From NCBI GenBank assembly GCA_030390025.1, contig CM059432.1:42844001-42908000 (forward strand): a stretch of DNA of 64,000 nt, read 5' to 3'. The notes under the pieces are model-generated. The model did not search any database. It saw nothing but the letters and a program-made list of their open reading frames with translations, and was not told the DNA's origin. Made by a program: the position numbers and the translations under genes. Source of the stretch: Squalus acanthias. Its lineage: Eukaryota. Positions 12,728 through 25,340 of the stretch are shown here, in pieces (positions within the stretch are counted from its first letter, which is position 1; every line of letters begins with the position of its first letter).

Positions 12728-13511
12728 AATAGTGCGTTAATAGGCCTAACAAAAGCAATACACGTTTGATTTCAGATTCTGCTCGATGTACGTCAAAATG
12801 TTATGCTGTATCATTAATTAAGTACACTCTGAGACAAATGAAAAACTGCTCATTTGAATATCACAATAGAAATTTATTAAACTCCCTTTATATCTGTAGT
12901 TTTCAAACTTTTCCGTGTGGGGGATTCCCTGAAAATATTTACACATTCCTGAGACTCCATATCCTAACTTCTGAAAGACAACATTGCTATGCTCGTAGAA
13001 GAATTATTATATAGCAACAGACTGGCCTGGATATTAACAGATGGGTTGAGTAGGCGGTGGATTGGAGTTTCGGATGCGAAACCCGAAAGTCTAGGTTTTA
13101 ACTCCACAACGTGCGTTGTTTCTCCTGAACAGGTTCTCTGCCCAGAAGCCAGCCTGATTGACAGGCTTAGCTTCCAGTTGGACGGGGAGGGCTCCGGAGC
13201 AGGCCGCAGGAGCAGATATGTCTGTTCCCCGACCCCGGGGCGTGGTCTGATCCCCGACCTGAGGGAGGGTTTGATCCCCAACCACGGTGGTCTATTAAGG
13301 GGGGGGGTCTACTCTGATGGTGGGAGCTTCTGGGGCTGGGGGGAAGCACTCCTGCTCCTCCTGGCCCAGAAGCAGTGCTATTAAGGCACTTACCTTCTCC
13401 GCAAAGTTGTCCTCGCCTTGCTTTAGCTGCCGGGTTTCCCGAGGCCTGGGAAATCTGGCCGGCCAATGTTAAACCTGCAGAGCAGGTTAAATCAGAGGCT
13501 GCCAGCCTCAT

Positions 13512-15236
13512 TGATCTAGACGAGGGAACTAGATGTAATGGGGCAGAAATTAGGCTCGCACTATGTACTCACCCGTGGACGGAACGAAAGTGCCGTTTTC
13601 TTGCATGCACAGCGCGTGCGCAGGAAACCGGCACTTCCGTTCCCCTGAAGGAAGGGGTTCAGAGGTCGAACGCGCATGCCGGAGGGCCAGCGCGTTCGCC
13701 TCGCACTTTGTTTTTTTTTACAGGTTCCTCCGTGAGGGTAAGCACGGGGAAGATGCACAATGAAAAAGGAGGCGCAAGGTCTTCTTTTAACAAGGTAAGT
13801 GTTGATTTTATTAAAATTTAAACATTTTTTTCACAGATCTATCTTTTTTAATTACTTTAAAGAAAGGTAAGTTTAGTTTTAGCCCCGTTAAAAAGTGTAA
13901 TTATTTTTTTCAAAAATGTTGTTTAAAATAGTTAATTAATGTAATTTATAGTTATTTTAAAAATGTGATGTTTTAAAAAAAAATTATTTGTAGTTTTAGG
14001 GATGTTTTGGGGCTGATCTGTATTCATAGATTTGACAGGTCTTCCTGTCAAATCTATGAATGAAAGATGGTCTGCTGCCATTGGCTCTCCATGGCCCACG
14101 TGATCCCAGGGGACGCATCGCACTAACTACGCCCTTAGGATACGCAAGCACTGTGCGCCAGCAGTTGGAGGAGGCCCAGGACCGGAATCCCCTGCGGGCC
14201 CAGGGGTCAACAGCAGGCGCAGTAGGTAGTTGCGCATGCGATCCTTGCACCCGCGGGAAGCCAGGGAGCCGAATTTCTGGCCCAATATCTCTAAGTTTGC
14301 AGACGACACAAAGCTGGGTGGGCTTGTGTGCTGTGAGGAGGATGCAGAGAAACTCCAGTTTGATTTGGACAGGTTGGGTGATTGGGCAGATGCATGGCAG
14401 ATGCAGTATAATGTGGATAAATGCGAGGTTATCCACTTTGGTGGCAAAAACAGGAAGACAGATTATTATCTGAACGGCAATAGATTGGGAAAAGGGGAAG
14501 TGCAACGAGATCTGGGTGTCCTTGTGCACCAGTCGCTGAAGGTAAGCATGCAGGTGCAGCAGGCAGTTAAGAAGGCAAATGGCATGTTGGCCTTCATAGC
14601 GAGAGGATTCAAGTACAGGAGCAAGGATGTCTTGCTGCAGTTGTACAAGGCCTTGGTGAGACCACACCTTGAGTATTGTGTGCAGTTTTGGTTGCCTTCT
14701 CTGAGGAAGGATGTTCTTGCCATGGAGGGAGTGCAGCGAAGATTTACCAGACTGATACCTGGGATGGCAGGAATGACGTATGAAGAGAGATTGGGTCGAT
14801 TAGGCTTATATTCGCTAGAGTTTAGAAGAATGAGAGGGGATCTCATTGAAACTTATAAAATTCTAACAGGACTAGACAGACTAGATGCAGGAAGGATGTT
14901 CCCGATGGCGGGGAGTCCAGAACCAGAGGTCACAGTCGATGGATAAGGGGTAAGCCATTTAGGACTGAGATGAGGAGGAATTTCTTCACCCAAAGAGTGG
15001 TGAACCTGTGGAATTCTCTACCACAGAAGGCAGTTGAGGCCAATTCATTAAATATATTCAAGAAGAAGTTAGATATATTTCTTAAGGGTAAAGGGATCAA
15101 GGGATATGGGGAGAAAGCAGGGACATGGTACTGAATTTGGATGATCAGCCATGATCTCATTAAATGGTGGAGCAGGCTCGAGGGGCCGAATGGCCTACTC
15201 CTGCTCCTATCTTCTATGTTTCTATGCTTCTATGCT
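13512..15236 (+). mobile_element. 5'-truncated CR1 LINE containing a nested MITE
   Basis: DLDEGTRCN|ISKFADDTK is contiguous once 13540-14283 and one AAT are removed; (TTCTATG) tail at 15211-15236. Confidence 0.93.
13540..14283 (+). mobile_element. Harbinger-type MITE, family B, AAT target duplication
   Basis: AAT|GGGGCAGAAATTAGGCT ... AGCCGAATTTCTGGCCC|AAT; colinear with 59002-59763. Confidence 0.92.
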
Positions 15237-16106
15237 AAATTATTTTAATTGCCAACCCGCCTCCTGGGAGCAGGTTGGCTGCCCACCCCTTGTCCAACCT
15301 CCGTTAAACCCAGAAGTGGGCGGATTGGGATCAGGTTTGAGATTTTTCAAATTTTAACATCTAACCCAACCCACCCATTTTTGGGAGTTAAAATTCACCC
15401 CAGTCGGTCAACCAAACAAAAAAGAAAATTACAGAAATCTAGAGCCAATTCCTCCACTTCCCAAGTTGTTTTCTAACAGAAGGCTCAGGCTTCATTTATG
15501 CTGTTTTACTAATTTTCTTATTAGTGGTATTAAGATAATAGGACAATTAATAAGGCAACCTGGATGTGAGCCGAGCCCTCTGCTGGATGCTAATTTACCC
15601 CACTGGCCAAAATAGGTGCTAGACATCAGTTAAGTTCCTTAGCATCCATAACATTTGTATAATAAAAGTACCTTTGGTCCTGAAATAGCTGTGGGGGGAG
15701 CAGGAACAGGAGAGATCATGATTGCTACCTGTACCAGGAAAGTGAGTTCTACTGGCAGCGTTGCATGTGTATTTGTAGATGAAGTGCCAACAGCAAGTAG
15801 GCGGGTTGGCAGATTACATAACTAACGTTGAACTTGCGCATCCAACTTGATAACTTGGCAGATCAAATACTTTGTCGGAAACCAGGAGAAGCATCAAGGA
15901 GGTGCAGGAGAAATTCAGTTATATTAAGAAGACCACCAAAGTAAGTGACTGTAAAGAAACTGTACTCTACTGTACAGCCTCATATATTGGTTAGCCAATA
16001 GGGTTAGAAAAGTGCTGTTGCTGTTGCCACAGCTGGCAAATAAGCCTTAAGGGAAATAAATGAATGAAGTTATTAGCTCAAGGACACACCATATAAAGAG
16101 ATAGAA

Positions 16107-16650
16107 AGCCAAAATACTGCAGATGCTGGAAATTTAAAATATAAACTGAAAATGCTGGAAATAATCAGCAGGTCAGGCAGCATCTGTGGAGAGAGAAACA
16201 GAGTTAACGTTTCAGGTCCATGACCTTTCTCAGAACTGGAAAATGTTAGAGATGTAACAGGTTTTAAGCAAGTACAGAGGCAGGGAAAGGGGGAAGGCAG
16301 TAAAGCACAAAAGGTAGGTCTGTGGGTGGAAGGCATGAGTGATTAAATGACAAAAGGAATGATTGTGCAAGGCAAAAGGGAGTGGTATTGGGACAAGTAA
16401 AGAAACAAAAGATAGGTCGAGAGGAGCTGTAAATGGCAACAGCAGAATCATTATCAGCACTTGCTGTCCGAAAAAATGGAAGCAGTGTCATTCTAATTAT
16501 TCGCCCCACTCCCACTCGGCATCCGACACTGTTCCAATGAAATTCAACGGAAGCTCAAACAACAGTACCTCATTTTTCCATTAGGCACTTTACAACCTTC
16601 ATCAAGTTCAACAATTTCAGATCATAACCACTGCTCCCACTTTTTTGGAG
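16107..16650 (-). mobile_element. Penelope-like 3' UTR/terminal fragment with an inverted piece of the endonuclease end
   Basis: Matches 47340-47685 in reverse. 16530-16630 on + resembles the EEQHLIFRLGTLQP..FNNFRS coding end. Damaged hammerhead motif at 16202-16237. Confidence 0.85.
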
Positions 16651-16931
16651 CGAAGCAATTGCTGCTGCGACCTCATTTTTGATATTGTCCACCTCTCGCA
16701 GTGGGTCTAGGTCAATAACCCAGCAGAAAAACTAATCCATGATGATTGACAAACTGAAATCTGATAGTTTCCGAGACTACATGGGATTCTTTTGCAGATC
16801 CCTGGGATTTGTAGTCCCATTTGAATTCTGTGTTTTATGTTACTATTTTCTCCTCGAGTGCCTTTTGTCCCAGGATAGCAGCAGTTCCTATTCTGATTAT
16901 ATATGTATAGTTCTGGATACTCGCTTAACAT

Positions 16932-17106
16932 GGAGGATGAAATTCGACATTGGTGGTAGTGCAAAAGGAGTGATAGTGACTCGGCAGCCCGTTTTACACC
17001 GCGCCCAATTTACTTTTCCATCGAAGAAAACCAGACAGTGTGTAAAATGGGCTGCCAATTCACTGTCGCCCCTCATACGCTACCACCGAAGTCGAATTTC
17101 ACACCC
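16932..17106. mobile_element. Short foldback (hairpin) MITE
   Basis: GAAATTCGAC..GGTGGTAG..GGCAGCCCGTTTTACAC mirrored by GTGTAAAATGGGCTGCC..CTACCACC..GTCGAATTTC. Confidence 0.75.
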
Positions 17107-18128
17107 GCGGTTTCTTGAGCTGAATCAATCCAAACTGCATCGGTCTGTTCCATTGATGATCGAAGTTGCAGATGTATTATAACAATAACATGAATTTACA
17201 GTATAGCATTGGCAACGTGTTTGTATTCACAGATCCTAATAGGGATAAATTCTGATATCAAATACATACAAATCTATGCTGAAATGTTTGTAGGTGGAGT
17301 AACTCTGTAGCTGAACAGATTTAGAAGAATACAAATAAGGCTGGGAGAAAGAGTTCTATTTTGCCATCTGTTATAAAATGCTGCATTTAAGAGCATTCTA
17401 AATAATTAATTTTGCTAGCTATCAGTTGTTATTAGTTACAGCTAATATAATGTCTGGAAAGTATTATAGTGCATTGAATGTACTGTGTATGACACATTAA
17501 AAGTCCTAAAATAAATTAGCTTGTCAAAATTTGCTACCAATTGACTTCCTCCAGTGTATAAATTCTGAAAAGGAAACACCTGTGTAAATGCATGCACTCT
17601 TACTCAAGGGATTTGTTTTCATTCTAAGATTCCATACATTTTTTTTAGGATAGATGGAAAACCTGGCACAACCATGATTAATAAGCATAAACATTTATCA
17701 GGATATAAACATTTGTCCCGTATAAGTCTTCAAAAAAATATGTTTCTCATATAAGCAGACTTTTCAGTTGACAGGCAAATGCAAGAAACTTAAATTTTTA
17801 CTAAAATATCAATTTTTTATGACTCAGGAATGTCAGAATGTGTTATTGTATATTGAATTTATAAAGTGCTGCATTGATACAATGGTTCTCACTGTCAAAG
17901 TTTGTACTTGCAAAATGTTGTGCTCCTCGCCAACGTGCCACAACTGACCTTTCAGGCCTCTGGATGTTGCTTTTGAGTTGGTTACTTGATGTGCCCTGGG
18001 TGTTGACTTGTCTTTGCTTCCTGCAGGAAAGTGCCTCACTTCCACCCTTTGCTGAGATCAGGAACTCACCACAAGGCATACTGTAGATACAAAAGTCCGA
18101 ACACTCCATGATGCAAATTAGTATGCAA

Positions 18129-18550
18129 GTCATAGAATCATAGAATGATACAGCACAGATGGAGGCCATTCGGCCCATCATGCCTGAACCAGCTCTTTGA
18201 AAGAGCTATCCAATTAGTCCCACTCCCTTGCTCTTTCCCCACAGCCCTACAAAGTTTTCCCCTTCAAGTATTTATCCAATTCCTTTTTGAAAGTTAGTAT
18301 TGAATCTGCTTTCACCACCATTCCAAGTAAAGCATTCACTATAACAACTTGCTGCATAATTATTTTTTCTTCATGTCACCTCTGGTTCTTTTGCCAATTA
18401 CCTTAAATGTGGTTACTTCTGCCTTCTGCCACTGGAAACAATTTCTCCTTACTTATTCTATCAAAACCCTTCATGATTTTCAACACGTCTATCAAATCTC
18501 CCCTTAACCTTCTATGTTCTAAGAACAATCCCAGCTTCTCTAATCACTCC
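18129..18550 (-). mobile_element. CR1 3' fragment
   Basis: CATAGAATCATAGAAT tail plus CR1 3' UTR and ORF2 end. Confidence 0.88.
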
Positions 18551-18877
18551 ACATAGAATCATAGAATAGTACAACACACAAGGAGGCCATTCGGCCCATC
18601 GAGTCTGCGGCAGCTCTTTCGAAGAGCAATCCAGTTAGTCCCACTCCCCCGATCTTTCCCCATATCCCTGCAATTTTTTCTCCTTCAAGTATTTATCCAA
18701 TTCCCTTTTGAAGGCTAGTATTGAATCTGTATCCACCACCCTAACAGGTAGTGCATTCCAAATCCTAACCACTCGTTACGTAAAACGGTTTTTCCTCATG
18801 TCACCTCTGGTTCTTTTGCCAATCACCTTAAATCTGTGCCTTCTGGTTATCAACCCTTCAGCCATTGGAAACAGTTT

Positions 18878-19408
18878 GGGGAAAAAATTTGGTTGCTTTG
18901 CGCCTCCCGTTAGCGCCCTAAGAGGGTGCTAACGGGGCGCAAAGCAACTAGCACCCGGGCGCCGCCAACGCCTCCCTCGAAATTCAGCGGGAGGTTAGCG
19001 GCGGCGGTAACCGTTAGCACCCCGTGGCGCTGCGCCGCCAGCGATGACATCATCGCTGTGCGCAGCGCCCTGGCCGCGATCTTTGGTAGCGCCCCCTGAC
19101 TTACCGCCGGACGCTATGTCTGATGGGGTCAGGGGGGCCTATCTGCGGCCGGGGCGGCGCTAATTAAAGGCGAGGTGCCGGGCGGTCATTTTTGTTGCTG
19201 GCCGCCTGCCAGCACCTGCCCCCATTGCCGTCCCTGGCATCCTGAGCAGCGCCCCCGTGGAGTGCCAGCTGCGCTCCGTGAGCCCGGCACTTCTCTTGAG
19301 TGCCGGGCTCTTTTGTCGGCACTCCGATCTCTGGTGGCCCAGCTGGGATAAAAGTAGCACCCCGGCGAAGTTAGCGCCCCAAAGATAGCGCGACTCCATT
19401 TTTCCCCC
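18878..19408. mobile_element. GC-rich Harbinger-type MITE, TTT target duplication
   Basis: TTT|GGGGAAAAAATT ... ATTTTTCCCCC|TTT; repeated TTAGCGCCC motifs; removal restores the CR1. Confidence 0.85.
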
Positions 19409-19635
19409 TTTATCTTTATTTACTCTCAGTAAATCCTTCATGATTTTAAACACCTCTATCAAATCTCCTCTTAGCCTTCTCTGCTCCAAGGAGAACAACT
19501 CCAGCTTCTCTAGTTTATCCACATAACTGTAATCCTTTATCCCTGGAACAACTCCAGTAAATCTCTCCTGTACCCTCTCCAGAGCCTTCATGTCCTTCCT
19601 AAAGTGTGGTGCCCAGAATTGGACACAATAATCCC

Positions 19636-20462
19636 GCATGCAGAAAAACCTGGAAGACATTCAGGCTTGGGCTGATAAGTGGCAGGTAACATTCGTGCCA
19701 CACAAGTGCCAGGCAATGACCATCTCCAACAAAAGAGAGTCTAACCACTGCCTCTTGACATTCAAGGGCATTACCATCACCGAATCCCCCACCATCAACA
19801 TCCTGGGGGTCACCATTGACCAGAAACTTAACTGGATCAGTCACATATATACTGTGACTACAAGAACAGGTCAGAGGCTAGGTATTCTGTGGCGAGTGTC
19901 TCACCTCCTGACTCCCCAAAGCCTTTCCACCATCTACAAGGCACAAGTCAGGAGTGTGATGCAATACTCTCCACTTGCCAGGCTGTGTGCAGCTCCAACA
20001 ACACAAGAAGCTCAACACCATCAGCTCGCTTGATTGGCACCCCATCCACCACCTTAAACATCCACTCCCTCCACCACCGGCGTACCATGGCTGCAGTGTG
20101 TACCATCTACAAGATGCACTGCAGCAACTCGCCAAGGCTTCTTCAGCAGCACCTCCCAAACCTGCGACCTCTTCCACCTAGAAGGACATGGGCAGCAGGA
20201 GCATGGGAACACCACCACCTGCAAGTTCCCCTCCAAGTCACACACCATCCTGACTTGGAAATATATCGCCATTCCTTCATTGTCGCTGGGTCAAAATCCT
20301 GGAACTCCATCCCTAACAGCACTGTGGGAGTACCCTCACCACATGAAACTGCAGTGGTTCAAGAAGGCAGCTCACCACCACCTTCTCAAGGGCAATTAGG
20401 GATGGGCAATAAATGCAGGCCTTGCCAGCGACGCCCACATCCCATGAACAATTTTTTTTTAA
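19636..20462 (+). mobile_element. CR1-group (Zenon-like) LINE 3' fragment
   Basis: ILGVTIDQKLNW, LSTIYKAQVRSVMQYSPLA; 3' tail shared with the 38095-39912 element. Clade label from recalled similarity. Confidence 0.8.
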
Positions 20463-21281
20463 AGCTGGGGCCGAACTAGTGTTTAGCATAACTTCCTAGC
20501 TTTTTTACTCTATGCCTTTATTAATAAAGGCAAGGATCCTGTATGCCTTTTTAACAGCCTTCTCAACTTGTCCTGCCATGTTCAAAGATTTGTGTACATA
20601 CACCCCCATGTCTCTCTGTTCCTGCTGCTCCTTTAAATTTATACCATTCAGTTTGTATTGCCTCTCCTCATTCTTCTACTAAAATGAATCACTTCACACT
20701 TCTCTGCATTAAATTTCATCTGCCATGTGCCTGCCCATTTTACCAGTCTCTGTCCGCCTGAGGTCTGTTACTATCCTCCTCACTGTTTACTGCATTTCTG
20801 AGTTTCGTATCATCTGCAAGCTTTGAAATTATGCCCTGTATACCCAAGTCCAGGTCATTAATATATATCAAAAAGAGCAGTGGCCCAATACTGACCCCTG
20901 GGTGACACCACTGTATACTTCCCTCCAGTCTGAAAAACAACTGTTCACTACTACAACAACTGTTCACCACTACCAGGTTCCACCCCTCTCCCGCCCCCCC
21001 AACCCCAAGGCCATGCTGGATGCTGGCACTTAAGGCTGAGTCCTGGATGAGTTTGCTGCAGACTCCAAATGAATTTATGGTGAGAGTCCACTGGAGTGGT
21101 AAGGGATTTACAGGGCCATGATGTTTAGGAGTTGTCTCACTTTCTTGTATTAGGACATGCAAATTCTGTCTGATTTTGTTGAATTGGCTTGAAGATGAAT
21201 TGATCAAGATGTTTTGCTAAAATATTTGCTAGGATCTTGTCATCATAGTTCAACATGGTGATGAACTGTATCAGGAACATT

Positions 21282-21423
21282 GGGGTAAATTTTTGTCTTC
21301 ACCATCTGGGTGGTAATCTGGTAGAGTGGATTGCCCGCCCATTGTAATCAATGAAATAAAAATTGAGCAGGTTTTACAATGGGTGGGCGATTAACTCCAC
21401 CAGACGGTAAAGACAAAAATTTA
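21282..21423. mobile_element. Short foldback MITE
   Basis: TAAATTTTTGTCTT / AAGACAAAAATTTA outer arms; GCCCGCCCATTGTAA / TTACAATGGGTGGGC inner arms. Confidence 0.7.
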
Positions 21424-21646
21424 TGATATCGCGTTAGCTCTCTTCTTTTCTTATGTGTGAAAGAGATTGCCTTTGGATTGGATGCTGTTGCTAGAAAATT
21501 GTGAAGGACTCTAAAGAGGAGGAGCTTGTTTGTTGTATAGGCAGTTGTTTGGTCTGTTGTGTGCCATTAATAGATATCTATATTACCTTGAGAGGTAGCA
21601 GTGTATCAAGTTTGTCTCTGCCTTGATTTCTCAATGCAATAACATA

Positions 21647-22255
21647 GGTCCAAAAATCTGCACGCCTTCTGGCGCAATCCCACCTTTGGGTGGTAGTGTG
21701 GCCGAAGACTCGTGAATTAGGCTGAAACCCAAATACGTTGGGTCCTAGCTTGTGCTTAGAGTATTGAAAGAGCCTGTCTTGGGGTAGAACTTCCAACTGC
21801 CCCAAACATAATCCCCTGAGTCAGGTGAGAATGGCCAGGAGAAGGGACTAAGGCCAGAAGTTTCCTTAGCTCTGACCTGGGATCCGTCAGGCAGCCGGTA
21901 TGTCAGGAGAAACAAGGTGCACCACTTCCATGATCTTTGAAAGTTTGAGCCACTTGGAACTCCAAAGAAACAAGCTGCCGTGTTTTTAGTAATTGGCCCC
22001 AACCCAAAGTCTGCTGGGCCTGGGGATGCTGGCACAGTTTTGGAATGGCGGGCTTCCACAGGAATAACTGTCCAGCCCCGCTATGGCAGGCACCTTGATA
22101 TTTGCTCACAGTGGCACAGGCACCCACTAGGAAGATTTTAAATAGTGAACCTCTCCCTGACCCAGCATACTCTGGTGAAGTCAGCGATAGAGGTACCCTG
22201 CAGATGGAACATGGCACTTACATCCAGATAAGTGGCATTTGGATATTCGGGCCCC
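21647..22255. mobile_element. Older Harbinger-type MITE, possible ATA target duplication
   Basis: ATA|GGTCCAAAAATC ... GATATTCGGGCCCC|ATA; imperfect TIRs. Confidence 0.5.
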
Positions 22256-24059
22256 ATATCCTTTGCTATTAGTCAGTGAATTGCTTCCTTTGTGGATCCA
22301 AGCTTTAGTGGTATAAGCCTTGAAATCATTTCAGACCAGTCCTTTCTTATGTTGAGCTTTAAATGTTTGTTGCCCTCTTGCTTTTTCACACATAACTGTC
22401 AGTGTTGGCACAGTGAGGCTGCTTTGAGTAGTATTATTGCATGCTTACACAGGGTAAGTTCTGGTGTTACAAGTATTCCAAGGGGAACCCTGAACTCTCC
22501 ACATGTATGAGTAGCTACATGGGTTATCTGGTGCATTGATCTCTCAGAATTGCTTTAACATGATAGATTCCCTCTAAGATTTCTGTAGACTAGTTCAATT
22601 TGATGCTGGTACCTTGCTGATCTCAGTGTTAGGGCTGTCAGATAGTTTGGGGTGCTGACAAGTTCCTGTATGCCTCTTTGAATTACTAGGCCGGTGTCCA
22701 TTGGAGTTAGTCTATTGGGAAACTTTGGCCAAATGTGATTAGAATCATTTTTTTCCTAGGCTTCCTTGTGCAATTTTGTGGCAGTCAGCCATGTGTGACC
22801 TTCTGTTTCAGTGTGGAGACGACTCACTGCTTTATTCTGACAACTGCTTTGCATGTCAACTGGGTAAAGTCCTGGATTTTGAGGCAGATAGCTGCAAGGA
22901 TGCAACTACTGACTGGTATTCTTGCATCCCTGCCAATATTGAATTGAAATTTACCAGTGTGTATTGCTTTCACGAATGAAGTGGCAATTGGCTGCATTTT
23001 CTTTTAGCTTTCAGTTCCAGATATGCTTGGTTTTGTTTTGGCTGTTTAATGGACTGCTTTAATGAAGATGCCAGTGGGTTGTGGTGAGGACACAAGGTCC
23101 ACTATGCCTGTCATATCACTGAAACTTTACACTGCGCTTTAACATTTTTATACTTAGCAAACAGTTTTATCACTATTGCTTAGTTTTAAGTGACTATTTT
23201 AGCACCATCAAAATGGATACTTAATTTTGCAGTGGTGCTATAAATAATGGAATACTGTTACCTTTTCTGGTGATCTGTGCAGCAAAACTATTAAACATAA
23301 ACATCTGTTTTCACTTAATACAATCTTCTTACAATATTGCACAGCTTTCTGGTAATCTAATCAAAGGTGTCTGTCATAGTAAATAGTGCTATAGTATGTT
23401 TGGAGCCATTTTTATGTGTAGACCTGGATTTCATAACCATAAATTTATCTTCGTTGTTTTTTAAAAGTGGGAATTCACTGTACCTTTCAATGTTAATTTG
23501 TTCTCACTCTCCTCATAGTTTAAGTTTGTCGACCACAAAGTCACACTTTCTTATTGCAACTTGAAAAATCAGATTACTTTTTTTAAGCTATAAATTTATT
23601 TGGATCAGAGAGAATTTTAATGAGGTTTGAACAAATAAAATATTCCCTCTCCAGAAATGACCCAGTGTCTTTTTGTTGATAGTATTGTAAAGTGTGAGAG
23701 TCCCTGGACCTCACAGTTCTTGAGGTCAATGGAAAAGAAAACGCTGTGGCGTGTAGACACGGTGAAAATAAATTGTGGTTAAGTTGATTGTAGTTTTCAG
23801 AATTATTTTTATTATGCAAGAAAAAGTATATGTAAAATAAAAAAGACTTGAAATATTTTTGTATCACAGCAAGTTTAAATTGGTAGATAAGATTGGAAGA
23901 CAAGGAATGGAGAGCTTTAAAAGTGGATCAAAATTTGTTGAATCAGACGGAACAGGATAGTTGTACATATAACTATATGGGTAAGGAAAGAAGTGACTGG
24001 TGAGGTGCCTCAGGGATCAGTTTCTGTTTCTGTCCACTTCTACATCATTTACATACATT

Positions 24060-24567
24060 GGCCCGTATTAAAAATCTGCGCCCTTACCTGAGGGCTCCCG
24101 GGACGCACACACATCTGCTCCTGGGCCTCACCAACCTCTAAGTGCGCAGGGCCCACGTATCCCAGAGGCGCATATAGTTCGCAGCGTCCCTGGGAAGACC
24201 TGTCAAATATATGAATGGAGATCAATGAAAAAACATAGTAAAAACTTTAAATACATTTTTTAATAAACAGCACATTTTTAAAATGACTTGAAATTACAAT
24301 AAATTAAGTATTTTAAACAAAAATAAAAATTTTTGAAAAAAGTAATTAAAGTATTTTACAGGGCTAAAAATAAACTTACCTTTATTTTAAAGTATTTTTA
24401 AATGATAAATCAGTGAAATTTTTTTTTTAAATTATTTTTATTTTTTTCAACTCTTATCCTGGTAAAAGCAGGCCTTACGCTGTGCATGCCTGAAACCGGC
24501 ATTTCCGATGTCCCTACGGGTGGGTACACAGCGCATACTCACCCGTGGGCATCGGAATATCCGGGCC
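24060..24567 (-). mobile_element. MITE family B, internally deleted copy, ATT target duplication
   Basis: ATT|GGCCCG ... TCCGGGCC|ATT; shares the AT-rich core, CCTGTCAAA and CCTGAAACCGGCATTTCCGATGTCCC with 35724-36451. Confidence 0.85.
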
Positions 24568-24879
24568 ATTGTATATAGTAACCAGGGCATAAAAGGTTAT
24601 AATAACTTGCTGAGTGGTGGCACCAAGCCTCGAAACATGCCCTTGCCAATGACCTTAACAGCTTCTCTTCCAAAAAGGGTGAGTATCATTGTATTTTGTG
24701 GCATCAGCTGCTCCATGATGGCTGGTCCCCTGTCTGTCATGTCCCATTCCCTGTGGTTGTGTGCAGCCTTGGCCAATAAGATGGACCTGGAAGATTGCAT
24801 TTATTCTCCTTGCTACTTCCCTCCTTGCAGCTTGCATTTCTATCTTCATATTTAAATTTAGTTCCCAGAAGTTTGTGGG

Positions 24880-25085
24880 AATGGGTGATACGGTGAGTTA
24901 CATGCTGCCCTTTTCAGCTGTGGGACATTGAGTTCAAATTCAGACCAGCTGGATGAAATGAAAGTTCCTTCTGGCTGTTTGTGGGGGGGTCCAATATTTT
25001 TGATACAATAATCCAGTTCTTGGTGAGGATGGGCCCACAACACCACTGGTGATTTGGCACTAAATTGGTAATCTCACTCCAAAAG
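24880..25085 (+). mobile_element. Old tRNA-derived SINE, LF-SINE-like
   Basis: B-box-like GAGTTCAAATTC; TTGGCACTAAATTGG motif shared with 33190-33385. Family name from recalled consensus only. Confidence 0.5.
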
Positions 25086-25201
25086 ACCACAGGGTGATTA
25101 GTGTGGGAAATGGTGCAGTGGGGGAGCGGGGTGGGGGCGGGGGGGGCATGCTCTTCTGAGGTTGGGGCAGACCTGGGAGTGTTTGTTGCTGACACCGGAT
25201 T

Positions 25202-25340
25202 CTCGAATCAAGGGATATGAAGATAGGGCGGGAAAGTGGAGTTGAGGTAGATCAGCCATGATCTTATTGAATGGCGGAGCAGGCTCGAGGGACCGAATGG
25301 CCTACTCCTGCTCCTAATTCTTATGTTCTTATGTTCTTAT
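25202..25340 (+). mobile_element. CR1 3' terminal fragment
   Basis: GATCAGCCATGATCTTATTGAATGGCGGAGCAGGCTCG and (TTCTTATG)3 tail. Confidence 0.9.

Larger units (their letters stand above)
13024..15401 (-). mobile_element. Harbinger-type MITE, family A, split by a CR1 insertion
   Basis: The halves 13024-13511 and 15237-15401 join (AGCCTCATT|AAAT) as in the uninterrupted stretch at 32941. End GTTAAAATTCACCCC; flanks ACT/AGT. Confidence 0.75.
18551..20960 (-). mobile_element. CR1 LINE interrupted by a MITE (18878-19408) and a Zenon-like LINE (19636-20462)
   Basis: Second CATAGAAT tail; YCVQFWAPHFRKD; resumes after 20462 with IYINDLDLGIQGIISKLADDTK. Confidence 0.88.

Noticed and set aside
14230..14946. 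Novel fusion proteins at ORFs 14230-14946 and 26332-27144
   Set aside because: The N-termini are chance open frames through MITE ends running into CR1 RT.
22420..23100. Possible very old LINE remnant on the minus strand
   Set aside because: Only faint motif resemblance; too decayed to support.
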